Shown: positions 12,181 through 24,844 of the stretch, piece after piece | Layout: every line of letters starts with the position of its first letter | Position numbering within the stretch: the first letter of the stretch is position 1 | DNA from: Octopus vulgaris | Lineage: Eukaryota | Assembly: GCA_951406725.2 (NCBI GenBank) | Contig: OX597830.1 | Span: 24,428,001-24,492,000, forward strand | Direction of reading: 5' to 3' | Length of the DNA stretch: 64,000 bases | Translations under genes and position numbers: made by a program | The notes under the pieces: generated by a model | Told to the model about the DNA's origin: nothing | The model's input: the letters and a program-made list of their open reading frames with translations, nothing else | The model's database searches: none

Positions 12181-12508
12181 GTTTCGATTCCCAGACCGGG
12201 CGTTGTGAGTGTTTATTGAGCGAAAACACCTAAAGCTCCACGAGGCTCCGGCAGGGGATGGTGGTGATCCCTGCTGTACTCTTTCACCACAACTTTCTCT
12301 CACTCTTACTTCCTGTTTCTATTGTACCTGTATTTCAAAGGGCCGGCCTTGTCACTCTCTGTGTCACGCTGAATATCCCCGAGAACTACGTTAAGGGTAC
12401 ACGTGTCTATGGAGTGCTCAGCCACTTACGCGTTAATTTCACGAGCAGGCTGTTCTGTTGATTCGGATCAACCGGAACTCTCATCGTCGTAACCGACGGA
12501 GTGCTTCC
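12181..12508 (+). mobile_element. SINE family C, 5'-truncated
   Basis: Matches the reverse complement of 6503-6830; flanked by (AGT)n. Confidence 0.9.
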
Positions 12509-12539
12509 ATCCAGTAGTAGTAGTAGTAGTAGTAGTAGT

Positions 12540-12628
<89 letters not shown>

Positions 12629-13182
12629 CAGCAGCAGCAGCGTTCTGTTGTTATACAAAACGAGGCTATATTTGAATTTAAGGTAACTCAGTGTATCATA
12701 TATAATGTAGATATTATATATTATATAATCACAATGCGACGTGGGTTCATTTAGTAAATATACGCCCACGAAGTGGTGTGAAAATTTAAACCATATTTCA
12801 CGTCAAACATCGTCGTTTGTATGTTTTCAGTGTGAACTAGAGTTATTATTGCCTTCATTTGTCAATGTAATTAACTGGTTCAAGGTCGAAAATAACATCG
12901 ATAGGGTACACAGCAAAGTATTTCACGGAATACCCCGTGCTATTATTATCAAACAAATCGAAGCAAGAAGTTATGCTGCTTAATTTAACATGAAATCCTT
13001 TCTGGATCAATAATCCATCTGTGTTACGTAACGGGAGCAGGCGTGGTCGTGTGCTCAGGAAGCTATGTGGGTCTTGGGTTCATTGTGCGGCACCTTCAAT
13101 AAGTTTCTTCACAAATCGACAAAAGACTTGTGAATTTCGTAGAGAGAAACATGTATGTATGTATGAATTATGTATGTATGCA

Positions 13183-13274
<92 letters not shown>

Positions 13275-13364
13275 TATATACTGAAAATAGTCGTCAAAAT
13301 CACATCTTTACACTCTACCCCCCCCACACACACACATGTATAGACACATATATATATATTGCTA

Positions 13365-13416
13365 GCAAAAACTGTCTGATGAACGGCAACGTGAAACTCA
13401 GAGTAACAGGTTTTGT
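13365..13416 (+). ncRNA. Type I hammerhead ribozyme with canonical core
   Basis: GCAAAAACTGT-CTGATGA-ACG GCAA CGT-GAAA-CTC A GAG-TA^-ACAGGTTTTGT. Helix I ~10 bp, helix II capped by a GNRA loop, triplet GUA (cut after 13405). AATAAA at ~13436. Confidence 0.85.
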
Positions 13417-13512
13417 AGAATTTTCTGCTGCTTTAAATAAAGCATATTACTCTACCACTGGTATTTGAGTACTCTTTTTTTCCACCTTGTTTCACATTTA
13501 TGTGTTTACTCC

Positions 13513-13689
<177 letters not shown>

Positions 13690-13724
13690 ATATATATGTA
13701 TATATATATGTGTGTGTGTGTGTA

Positions 13725-13854
13725 TAGTAAAACCAGTCGCCACATCAAAGTGACTATTGAATGTCGATTTGCGAAGAAACTTGTTCAAGGTGCCGTACGG
13801 TAACTGTAACATTAATATTCTACAGCCACTTTGATGTGGCGACTGGCTTTACTG
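13725..13854. mobile_element. ~130-bp MITE (pogo/Tc1-like ends)
   Basis: AGTAAAACCAGTCGCCACATCAAAGTG is inverted as CACTTTGATGTGGCGACTGGCTTTACT. Confidence 0.7.
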
Positions 13855-14101
13855 TTTAATATACTTGCAACTCTATCTCTTCTTCTCTTCTTGAGATTTT
13901 GCAACTAAGTATTTGTTTATATTCTTTTTATTTCTTCATTATTGTTAACGCTTTCGTTCCTTTCTCGAACTTGTCAAATAAAATCTTGTGAATGTACAAA
14001 CAGCTTGTTTATTTATATAAAACAAATGCTTTTCGGGAGTTTTGTTTAGAAGAGGACATTGTTATTGTTTTCTTGGGTGCGGCTGCATGATAATGGAAAT
14101 G

Positions 14102-14520
<419 letters not shown>

Positions 14521-14888
14521 ATAGGTAGAGGGAAAGACAGAGAGAAGGAGTATCCCCTTCTTATTCACCATTTATTCATTTATTCATTTATTTAGTCCTT
14601 TATCATTGTATTGAGTGGGTTCAAGGATGGTGACTCCTTCAAAAAAAAAAAGGGCGGTTTGGTCACTACTAAAATTCATTTTGATTTCTTTCTCTCTTTC
14701 CGCCCTTTTTTCTTTCTTTTCTCCCTCTTTCTTTGTTTTTCTCCTCTTTGAGTTATATTTAGAATACACCCCTTCCAAATATTCATTTCTGGAGGGAATT
14801 TTTTGATGAAATGTAGTTCTGCATGAAAATACATTAGTATAATATTTGCAAATTAACACTGAAAAATCAATCAATAAATAAAATAAAA

Positions 14889-16080
<1,192 letters not shown>

Positions 16081-16490
16081 TTTACAAGATAAGGGCAGAA
16101 GAAAAATTCTAATGCCAAATATGCCGAAACAAATATTTTTTTGTCGATAACCATTAAAATTTATGCGTCTCGAAATAAACCGATAGAAATCTCTAAAAGA
16201 TTCGTTATTACCGTATTGGTCCAATTTCGGGGTTAATTCATAAGAAAGTTTCCCCTCTTCAGCGGCAAATACGCGAGATATAAATGAAATACTTACTCAT
16301 ACCCAAGAAAAAGCAAGCACCAAGTTTTAATGGTTATCGACAAAACAATTTTTTGTTTCGGCATATTTGGCATTAGAATTTTTCTTCTGCCCTTATCTTG
16401 TAAATTATGTATAAATTTTACCTTTAAAGGCATTGTTTGATATGCTGGCCATTGATAAAATTTTTTTCCATAAAAAAATTTTATCCTATA
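16081..16490. mobile_element. TA-associated element with ~78-bp inverted arms
   Basis: 16081-16158 is inverted at ~16325-16404; partial copies at 30158-30215 and 51730-51895. Confidence 0.7.
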
Positions 16491-16507
16491 TTAATTATAT
16501 ATACATT

Positions 16508-16599
<92 letters not shown>

Positions 16600-17149
16600 C
16601 ATATATAAATACACACACACATATATATATACATAGATATATATATATACATATATATACATATATATATACATATATATATACATATATATATACACAT
16701 ACATATATATATATATATACAAATATATATACACATACATATATATATATATATATAAGTAATATATATATATATATACATATATATATACATATATATA
16801 TACATATATACATACATATATATATATATATACATGTATATATACATACATACACACATATATATTTGTGTGAGTGTGTGCGCGCATGTGCGCATCTGAG
16901 TGTGTGCGCGCGCGTGCGCATCTGAGTGTGTGTGTGTGTGTGTGCGTGCGTGCGCTTCTGTGTGTGTGTCTGTGTGTGTGTTTGGGAACATGTCCATGTT
17001 TATACTGTGTAACTTCGATCATACCTCTTTCAGTTCCATGACTTTGCGTTAGAGAACTTTAGTATAACACAAATTGTACTATTTCTGCTTTTCTTTAAAA
17101 CATTCAATTTTAATGAGAATTTCTTGATGAATTTCTTGAGAATTTCATG

Positions 17150-17187
<38 letters not shown>

Positions 17188-17256
17188 GTGACCACGTGTG
17201 TATCGTTGGCGATTTCTTCCTCCGTCTTATCTTCCTTGGATCTTTCCTTTTCCTAT

Positions 17257-17291
17257 GTTTCTGACGAAGAGCTCCGCTCGAAACGTTAAAT
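17257..17291 (+). ncRNA. Minimal type I hammerhead ribozyme in a ~210-bp TA-flanked unit (17186-17395)
   Basis: GTTT-CTGACGA-A-GAGC TCC GCTC-GAAA-CG-TT^-AAAT; helix III is the palindrome AACGTT; short helix I. Confidence 0.7.
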
Positions 17292-17419
17292 CCTCCTTCT
17301 TTCTTTCCTTTCCTGAGCCTCCAATAACACTATGCTTGTTCCACGTCCTTGCGTGTTGTTGTGTTTTCTCTTTGTGTTTTCATGTTTGGATTAACTATAT
17401 ATATATATATATATATATA

Positions 17420-17799
17420 CACTACCGTCAGAAATTAATTAGCACCCTTGATTTGCTCTTCACTCAAGGTATGTGCTGTCACCTAGTGGCCATATCTCGA
17501 ACTATTGCTTTGTTACGAGTTCACTGTTGCGCAGAACGATGACGTAACTTTGTTTGCAGAGCAGTTTGAGAGTCTACAGCCTTATGATGTTGACATAGCA
17601 GTGCAACAACAACTTGGAGTGCGGATGCAGACAAATCTTCCTTTGTTTAATAGATATAGGTAGCGCCTCGCAAGGACCGAAATCACACCATACTAAGTTT
17701 TCTCATCACGTAAGACGTTTTAAACAGCTCATAGGTTAATTGATTTAACCTATTTAATGTAGAAATTTGAGAAGTGCTAATTAATTTCTGACGCAAGTG
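17420..17799 (-). mobile_element. 380-bp MITE, copy 2 (inverted relative to 148-527)
   Basis: Reverse complement of 148-527 with only a few substitutions; TA flanks. Confidence 0.9.
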
Positions 17800-17935
17800 T
17801 ATATATCAAGATTAATCAGCCGAAATCGCGAGGATGATCCGGTTCTTGACTGAAGATTAGAGGCTTCGAATGACCCGTCCGTGTTTTTTGTATCGTCTAT
17901 TTGAATATTTTGCGTTCTTGTCCCATTTTGTATTT

Positions 17936-18024
<89 letters not shown>

Positions 18025-18029
<5 letters not shown>

Positions 18030-18670
18030 TTTTGCAGATGCATTAAGACCAATTTTAAGCAGTAGACTCAGTGGGTTTAACATTACATTTTTTGACAAAA
18101 CTTTGCTTGCTTGAAAATCTAATCCTCAAACGCTTATTTGAAGCCAACCCATCCACATCTATGACAATTCTTGCAAAGAAGCGCAATGTGTCTCTTTCCA
18201 AAGGTGCTCAGAGCTGTGAACAGGAATCTTGGCATGACTAGCTATGTTCAACGATGTCGTCACCTTCAAAGCAGCAGAGCCGAGAGATGCCCAAAGCTTA
18301 GTCGTTTATCAAGCATCAAGGTGCAGGGAAAACTCTCGTGTTTGTGGACGCAGAGATGAATTGCATACAACCCTTCTGACGTCCTCGCTGTGTCGGAGAC
18401 TAAGAATTATGCCTTTTATTATGGTATTTGGAGCCGTGGCAAGTGATGGAAGTGTCATGGATCCACACTTCATAGAGTCTGGCTTGAAGATCGGTACAAA
18501 GGAGTATCTGGACATCCTGAAGAACTCTCTTACTTTGGATGGAGCAGAAGTCTGGGCTTGACAAGGTGGTGCTTATCCAGGATTCTGCCCCATGCCATGG
18601 GTCAAAAGCAACACAGGCCCTCATGATGAGGAGGTGCTATTTTTTGTGAGGGCCAACATCTGGCCCAATA
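18025..18670 (+). pseudogene. Tc1/mariner-superfamily transposase remnant (possibly DD37D/maT-like)
   Basis: CAGGGT terminus; IMVFGAVASDG...PHFIESGLKIGTKEYLDIL, then after a frameshift VVLIQDSAPCHGSKATQ...IWP. Confidence 0.8.
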
Positions 18671-19250
18671 ATAGAGGAATCTAGCAGAAAGAAGTGGGTT
18701 CGGTGGATTGGGATTGCAAGATTCTTTATGTGAGTTCGTGTGTTGAAGCATATATAGTTGTGTCTGGAGAGAGTCATTCTCTTTTTATGCCTTGTTATTT
18801 AACACACGCACTGGTTCAATTTCCACTAATTTACTTCACTTCTTTATTTTAAGAACCAGCTGAGTACTGGGGTCGATGTAATCAACTTACCTGCTACCCT
18901 GAAATTGCAGGCCTTGTGCCAAAATTTTAAATCAATATGTAGCCACTTTGTGTCTTTACTTTTGTCGTTCATGATCAGTACGCTCCGGTGCATGATGTCT
19001 TATTTGAGCAAAACTACTTGCTGCATGCGTATGGATGGCCATTAACGTTTTCAAATTCACTTAACCTTTTACAGTCCCGGACCTAATCATGAAAGGAATG
19101 AATATTGCGCAAAGATCTAGCTGCATGATTCAATTCAGTATATATATGTATGTGTCTGCCTGTGTGTGTGTGTGTACCTGCGTATGTATGCCTATGCGTA
19201 ATTATGTATGTGTGCGTGCATATACGCAGATACATATACGAAGATAAATT

Positions 19251-19273
19251 GATAGATAGATAGATAGATAGAG

Positions 19274-19333
<60 letters not shown>

Positions 19334-19346
19334 GGATGGATAGATG

Positions 19347-19418
<72 letters not shown>
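19251..19418. repeat. (GATA)n microsatellite
   Basis: Direct reading. Confidence 0.97.
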
Positions 19419-19419
<1 letters not shown>

Positions 19420-19424
19420 CAAAA

Positions 19425-19890
19425 CCGTTGAAGAGGATTAAACAGCTTACATTGAAAGCAGTAAATTCCAGCCGTAGATTTTGAATAGCATAACCACTTC
19501 CTTCCAATAGTTTAACCATCAATTGACTTTCTCTCTTAGAATTCACTGAAATCTTCAAATCCATTGCGTTTCATTGAATCCAAATCCTTGTGTATTGTGT
19601 TGCTCTCCTTTTCGCTCAATAATCACCCATATCAAGAGCCATCGGGAAAGGCCATTCACTAATAATGTCTTCATTCAATTCTCAATTAATAGGAGATTGT
19701 TCTGTTTCAGATGTTGGATTTGGAACAGTCTATAATTTCTTAATTACGCTTGATCGGACTAATAATAACAACATTTGCTATCGATGAAAACCATTGAATT
19801 GCAGGACCATTGTTTTGCATAGTCTTCAGATTGAACTTCTCTATTCTTCTTCAAGAATTGTGCTATTTCTTGCGTTTTAGCCACATCAGT
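19425..19890 (-). pseudogene. hAT transposase N-terminal remnant (TTF-type zinc finger)
   Basis: Minus strand reads IGRKWLCYSKSTAGIYCFQCKLF, matching WLxYS...CFxCxLF. Confidence 0.7.
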
Positions 19891-20046
19891 CAGTGAAAGC
19901 TTAATGGTTAGGGGTATTCAACTCACAATCGCAAGACCGTGAGTCCGATTCCCAGCTGCATGTTATGTTCTTGAGCAAGACGGTTTATTTCACGGTGCTC
20001 CAGTGCTTTCATCTGGCAAAAATGAGCTATGCATGAAATCCAAAAG

Positions 20047-20351
20047 TGGAGGCACATGGCCTAGTGGTTAGAGCAGTGGACTCGCGGTCGAGGGATCGCC
20101 GGTTCGAATCTCAGACTGTGCGATGTGTGTGTTTATGAGCGAAACACCTAAGCTCCATGCGGCTCCGGCAGAAGGTAATGGCGAACTTCTTCTGACTCTT
20201 TCGCCACAACTTTCACTTACTCTCTCCTCCTGCATCTTGCAGCTCATCTGCGACGGACCGGCGTCCCGTCCAGGTGGGGAACCTATACGCCAAGGAAACC
20301 GGGAAACCGGCCCTTATGAACCAGGGATGGCTCGAGAAGGAACAAACAACA
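20047..20351 (+). mobile_element. tRNA-derived SINE with a family-C head and a different (V-domain-like) 3' part, nested in an older family-C-like copy
   Basis: TSD ATGAAATCCAAAAG at 20033-20046 and 20352-20365; host SINE remnants at ~19900-20030 and 20366-20528. Confidence 0.8.
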
Positions 20352-21488
20352 ATGAAATCCAAAAGGTCAGCCTCATCACATTCTACGTCGTGGTAAATCT
20401 CCCTGAGAACTACGTTAAGGATACGAGTAACTGCTGAGTGTGCAGCTACTTGTACGTTCATTTCATGTACAGAGTGTTCCGCTGATCGGATCAATTGGGA
20501 CCTTCGTAGACACAGCCAACGGAGTGCTAGTTAAAATCAGTCAGTTGCCAAACTCTAAATTACTTAATATTTCTTCCCTTCTTTCTTCATGTCCATTTAG
20601 ATAAAACTGTTTCATTATTTGTCTAGTAATAAAATTAAAATGTAATCTAACAGTAATCCATCATAATTCCCATTTTTACATTTCTATCATAGATATATAC
20701 TTTTAAAAATTTTGTTTACAGTTAAAATTCATTATTATTTGTTTATCGAAAAAATATATTTGATACAGAATTTGGATAAACTCCAATAATCGAATTGAAC
20801 AGTTTATATAATAAAGGAATTTGAAGATTGAATATCAATAAACTCGAAATCTGAATCGTGGTTAATGATTACTTACAATTGTCTACAATAATAATAATGA
20901 ATATTTTAATCTAAATAATTTGTGGGTATGTGGGAAAACGTACTACCTTTATGTTTTCTGGGTTAAAGAGTGCTATTTGGAAATTTTAAAATACAGAAAT
21001 GTTTAGAAACTACAGCTCAAGGAAGTAGAAATCAAGATTTAGTGATTGCACCGCAATTGTTAGACGCTTTTTGAAACGATAGACGAAGACATCGTTTCAA
21101 ATTACATTTGTTTACTTTCGTACGTTCACCCTGTGTTGTTTTGTTTGCTCGTTCCCAAATTCTCAGCAAATTTTGCGGGTGCCGCCGATATACGAAGTTC
21201 TCAGTCTTATCGTTAAAGCCATGAAACTGTGTATTATCATTTTGGTCGATAACTGATGAAGAATTAGGGTCCTTCTGTGTCTGACCTACGTGCATGGTTT
21301 CTAGTATTTAACGTATCTTCCATTTATTGAGTAACTAAACTCCACGCATCTCGACTGTTGTTAATAATAAGTTTATACACACATACACACACACACACAC
21401 ACACATATATATATTATCTTTTACTTGTTTCAGTCGTTAGACTGCAGCCATGCAAGGACACCGCCTGGCAGAAATGTTAGCACGTTGC

Positions 21489-22017
21489 TTCCCACGAGAG
21501 TTCCGGACCCCAGTAATGAACTCATTTGCAAACAGCCAATCAGAGCTCACCTTGACTTTGTTGTCGAGTTAACAAACATACTCTACCAAATAAACTCATG
21601 ACAAGGAACGGTGTTGTAAGTCGACCGATCGCCAAGTCATGCCTGATTTTAGGAGACAAGTAATTAGATAGATTTGCATCTATACCTATTATCGGATTTT
21701 GCTTGGGCCCCATATGGTAAAGATGTGGGTGGGAAAAAAATTATGGGTAGAGGGTGATGTGCTAGCAACCCTCACCGCTTACTGTTTTACAAAGTAAGCA
21801 ACAACACAAATAACTACGCAGAGGCAGCAATGGTTGAAACAAGAACAAGAACAACAAGCATTCTTCAATGTGAAAAGAAGCATGGTCATTCCTTATCCAA
21901 GTGACTTTATCTTATCGCCCATCACTTGCTATGCGCTCATAAATTAGTTTGATAGTTGAGCTTTGATTGGTTGTATGCAAATGAGTTCATAACTGAGGTC
22001 CGGAACCATCATGGGAA
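21489..22017. mobile_element. MITE with ~60-bp TIRs inserted in a family B SINE head
   Basis: TTCCCACGAGAGTTCCGGACCCCAGTAATGAACTCATTTGCAAACAGCCAATCAGAGCTCA is inverted at ~21957-22017; the SINE head resumes at ~22030. Confidence 0.75.
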
Positions 22018-22029
22018 TAAAAATTTCAT

Positions 22030-22400
22030 CGTCGGACGAAATGCTTAGCGGTATTTTGTTTGTTTTTACGTTCTGAGTTCAAATTCCACCGAGGTCGACT
22101 TTGCCTTTCATCCTTTCGGGGTCGATAAATTAAGCACCAGTTACACACTGGGGTCGATGTAATCGACTTAATCCGTTTGTCTGTCTTTGTTTGTCCCCTC
22201 TGTGTTTAGTCCTTTGTGGGTAGTAAAGAAATAGGTATTTCGTCTGTTTTTACGTTCTGAGTTCATATTCCACCGAGGTCGACTTTGCCTTTCATATTAT
22301 CGGGGTCGATAAATTAAGTACCAGTTGCGTACTGGCTTCGATCTCATCGACTGGCTCCCTCCTCCAAATTTCGGGCTTTGTGTCTAGAGTAGAAAAGAAT
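22030..22400 (+). mobile_element. Dimeric SINE family B (core-tailA-core-tailB)
   Basis: The core occurs twice, joined at GTGGGTAGTAAAGAAATA|GGTATTTCG; the same junction occurs at ~37403. Confidence 0.85.
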
Positions 22401-22863
22401 ATTTATTTAGTTGTACCTCTTTGTAGTCTAAAATTAAATCCCGCCGGGAAAACAATACAGCTGAGTTACTTTCAGACATTTCATCTAGAACCTTTTCCAA
22501 TATGTCTTTCAGGCAGTCATTTATGGTAAATTTGGCTGCTATTTTGAACTCGTAGAGGCACCCTCGCGTTAGTTGTGTTAAAGAGAGCAAGTAGAATCTA
22601 ATCGTACCGATTTGAGATCAAAAGCGTTCCAATCGTGTCAATCCTGTCATTTTAGGGCTTTCTAGAGATTACACTATCAGGTGTGTTCTTCCCTTTTCAA
22701 GATGATCAACTGTAATTTAGGTAGATTTAGCTGCCCTTTCTAATGGTTATGTTGTTGTTGTTGTTGTAGTTTAACCACAGGTCACTCAGAGTGAACAAAC
22801 TTATGATTAAAGGTATTCTAGCTGTGATTATCCGTTTTCCTGGCGAATGGAGGACAACATTAT

Positions 22864-23275
22864 ACTCTTTACTCTTTTACTTGTTTCAGTCATGTCACTC
22901 TGGCCATGCTGGAGCACCGCCTTTTAGTCGAGCAAATCGACCCCGGGACTTATTGTTTGTAAGCCTAGTACTAATTCTATCGGTCTCTTTTGCCGAACCG
23001 CTAAGTTACGGGAACGTAAACACACCAGCATCGGTTGTCAAGCGATGTTGAGGGGGACAAACACAGACACACAAACATACACACAAACATACACACATAT
23101 ATATACATATATACGATGGGCTTCTTTCAGTTTCCTCTACCAAATCCACTCACAAGGCTTTGGTCGGCCCGAGGCTATAGTAGAAGACACTTGCCCAAGG
23201 TGCCACGCAGCGGGACTGAACCCGGAACCATGTGGTCCGTAAGCAAGCTACTTACCACACAGCCACTCCTACGCC
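22864..23275 (-). mobile_element. SINE family A, full length
   Basis: Collinear with 1415-1820. Confidence 0.92.
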
Positions 23276-24772
23276 TATCCGTCCTTATTTAGACAATAGG
23301 ATGCGATTTGAATGGGATTTGGCTGCTTTTTCTAGCCAGTCCAGTGATTAAGAAACAGTTCCTTTTCGCTGTAAGGGCGTCGTTATTTATAATCCCCAAG
23401 TCCTTACTGGTTAAGCAGATCTATGATCAAAAGGCATTCCAACCATCGCAATCCAGTGTTTTTTTTTTTGTTTGTATTTTTAAACACCGTTTATCTAAAA
23501 TCACAATCGACCGGAATGTCCTTGTTTTAAAACGGTTGAGTGGGTGTGCCTAAAAGATTTGGGAGCGTTTTGCCAGTCAAGTGAGTATGTAATCTTCTGC
23601 GATCTTTCTACTGCTGTCGTTGCTGGTGGCGGTGGGGTGGTGATGGGGTAGGTGGGGGTGATAGTGGTGGTGGTTTGTGGTGATGGTGGTGGTTGTGGTG
23701 GTGGTGGTGGTAGGGGGTGTAGGCGGTCATGCAGACATTAATGTGTGTGAGTGTATGTGTGTGTGTGTGTATTTGTGCGTGTGTGTCTGTGTCTGTGTGT
23801 GCGTACGCGTCTGAATGGTAACTTACATATATGTACCGCAATGAGATATATTTCCGATAACTTTCTGCTGATCTGGTGTGAAAATAGTGACAATTTCTAA
23901 TAAAACATTAGATTGAAGTATACACATTGTGAAGTGGGGTATATATTCTTCATTGTGAATATATTAACCGGTTTAAAGTACCCCTATGTGTCCCTAACAG
24001 AAAAGAGTTTCACCGAATTTACCTCGGCTTTTTTCTCATGCCATCGTAGTATAAATACATACATACATGCGTACATACATACACACACGTACAAACATAC
24101 ATGCATACATATGTACATACTACATACATATACATACATGCATGCATACATATATACATATATACATACATACGCTGAACTATTGAGAAATCTATAGTTA
24201 CTTTTTCCAGATCACAAGTTCAGGTTTATAGGGCCCTGCGATATGTAATACACTGCCTAAATACCAATCTTGAGAAACTAAACTTCTCAAAACCAGATCG
24301 GAGAAAGCTACTTCAAAGACTACAGATCGAATCCGTCACTGGAACTGTACAAATCTGTAAAACTTTCCAGAAGTTTATCACTTAAATACATATGAGCATG
24401 TCTAGATATGCAACTATATGCTTTAGAATACATACATAAGACATACAAATCTGTACATACATACATACATACATACATACATACATACATACATACATAC
24501 ATACATACATACATACATGACATACATACATATATACATACATACATACATACATACGTACGTACATACAAACACACACACACACACACACACATACATA
24601 CATACATGCATACATACGTACATACATACATACATACATACATACATACATACATACATACTACATGATGGCAGCAAACTCATCTTTGCCTTTGATCCTT
24701 TCGGAGTCGATAAATTAAGTACCAGTTGCGTACTGGGTCGAGCGAATCGATTGCCCCCCCTCCCCCAAAATA

Positions 24773-24803
24773 TCTATATATATAAAACTGAGAATGTGTG
24801 TCA

Positions 24804-24843
<40 letters not shown>
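24773..24843 (+). mobile_element. Helitron-like 5' terminus followed by (GTCT)n
   Basis: A|TCTATATATATAAAACTGAGAATG then (GTCT)n, the usual start of non-autonomous Helitrons. Confidence 0.55.
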
Positions 24844-24844
24844 G

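Noticed and set aside
17805-17885. CAGCCGAAATCGCGA and CTGAAGA...CGAAT as hammerheads; likewise minus-strand GAAACAGGGGCAGCTGATGA at ~34000-34022
   Set aside because: A complete core with a cleavage triplet and paired helices cannot be built; at most truncated relics.
20047-20120. tRNA-like sequences here and at ~6815-6890 and other SINE heads
   Set aside because: They have A/B boxes but continue into SINE bodies, with TSDs where checked, and lack a proper acceptor stem; not tRNA genes.
21250-21285. CTGATGAAGAA...TTCTG; also CTGATGA at ~39015, ~45852 and ~49152
   Set aside because: No correctly placed GAAA and NUH triplet.
24794-24844. Annotated start of the 898-aa ORF (MCVSLSVCLS...)
   Set aside because: In-frame read-through of the (GTCT)n tract. 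LINE homology starts near 24845, inside the endonuclease domain.
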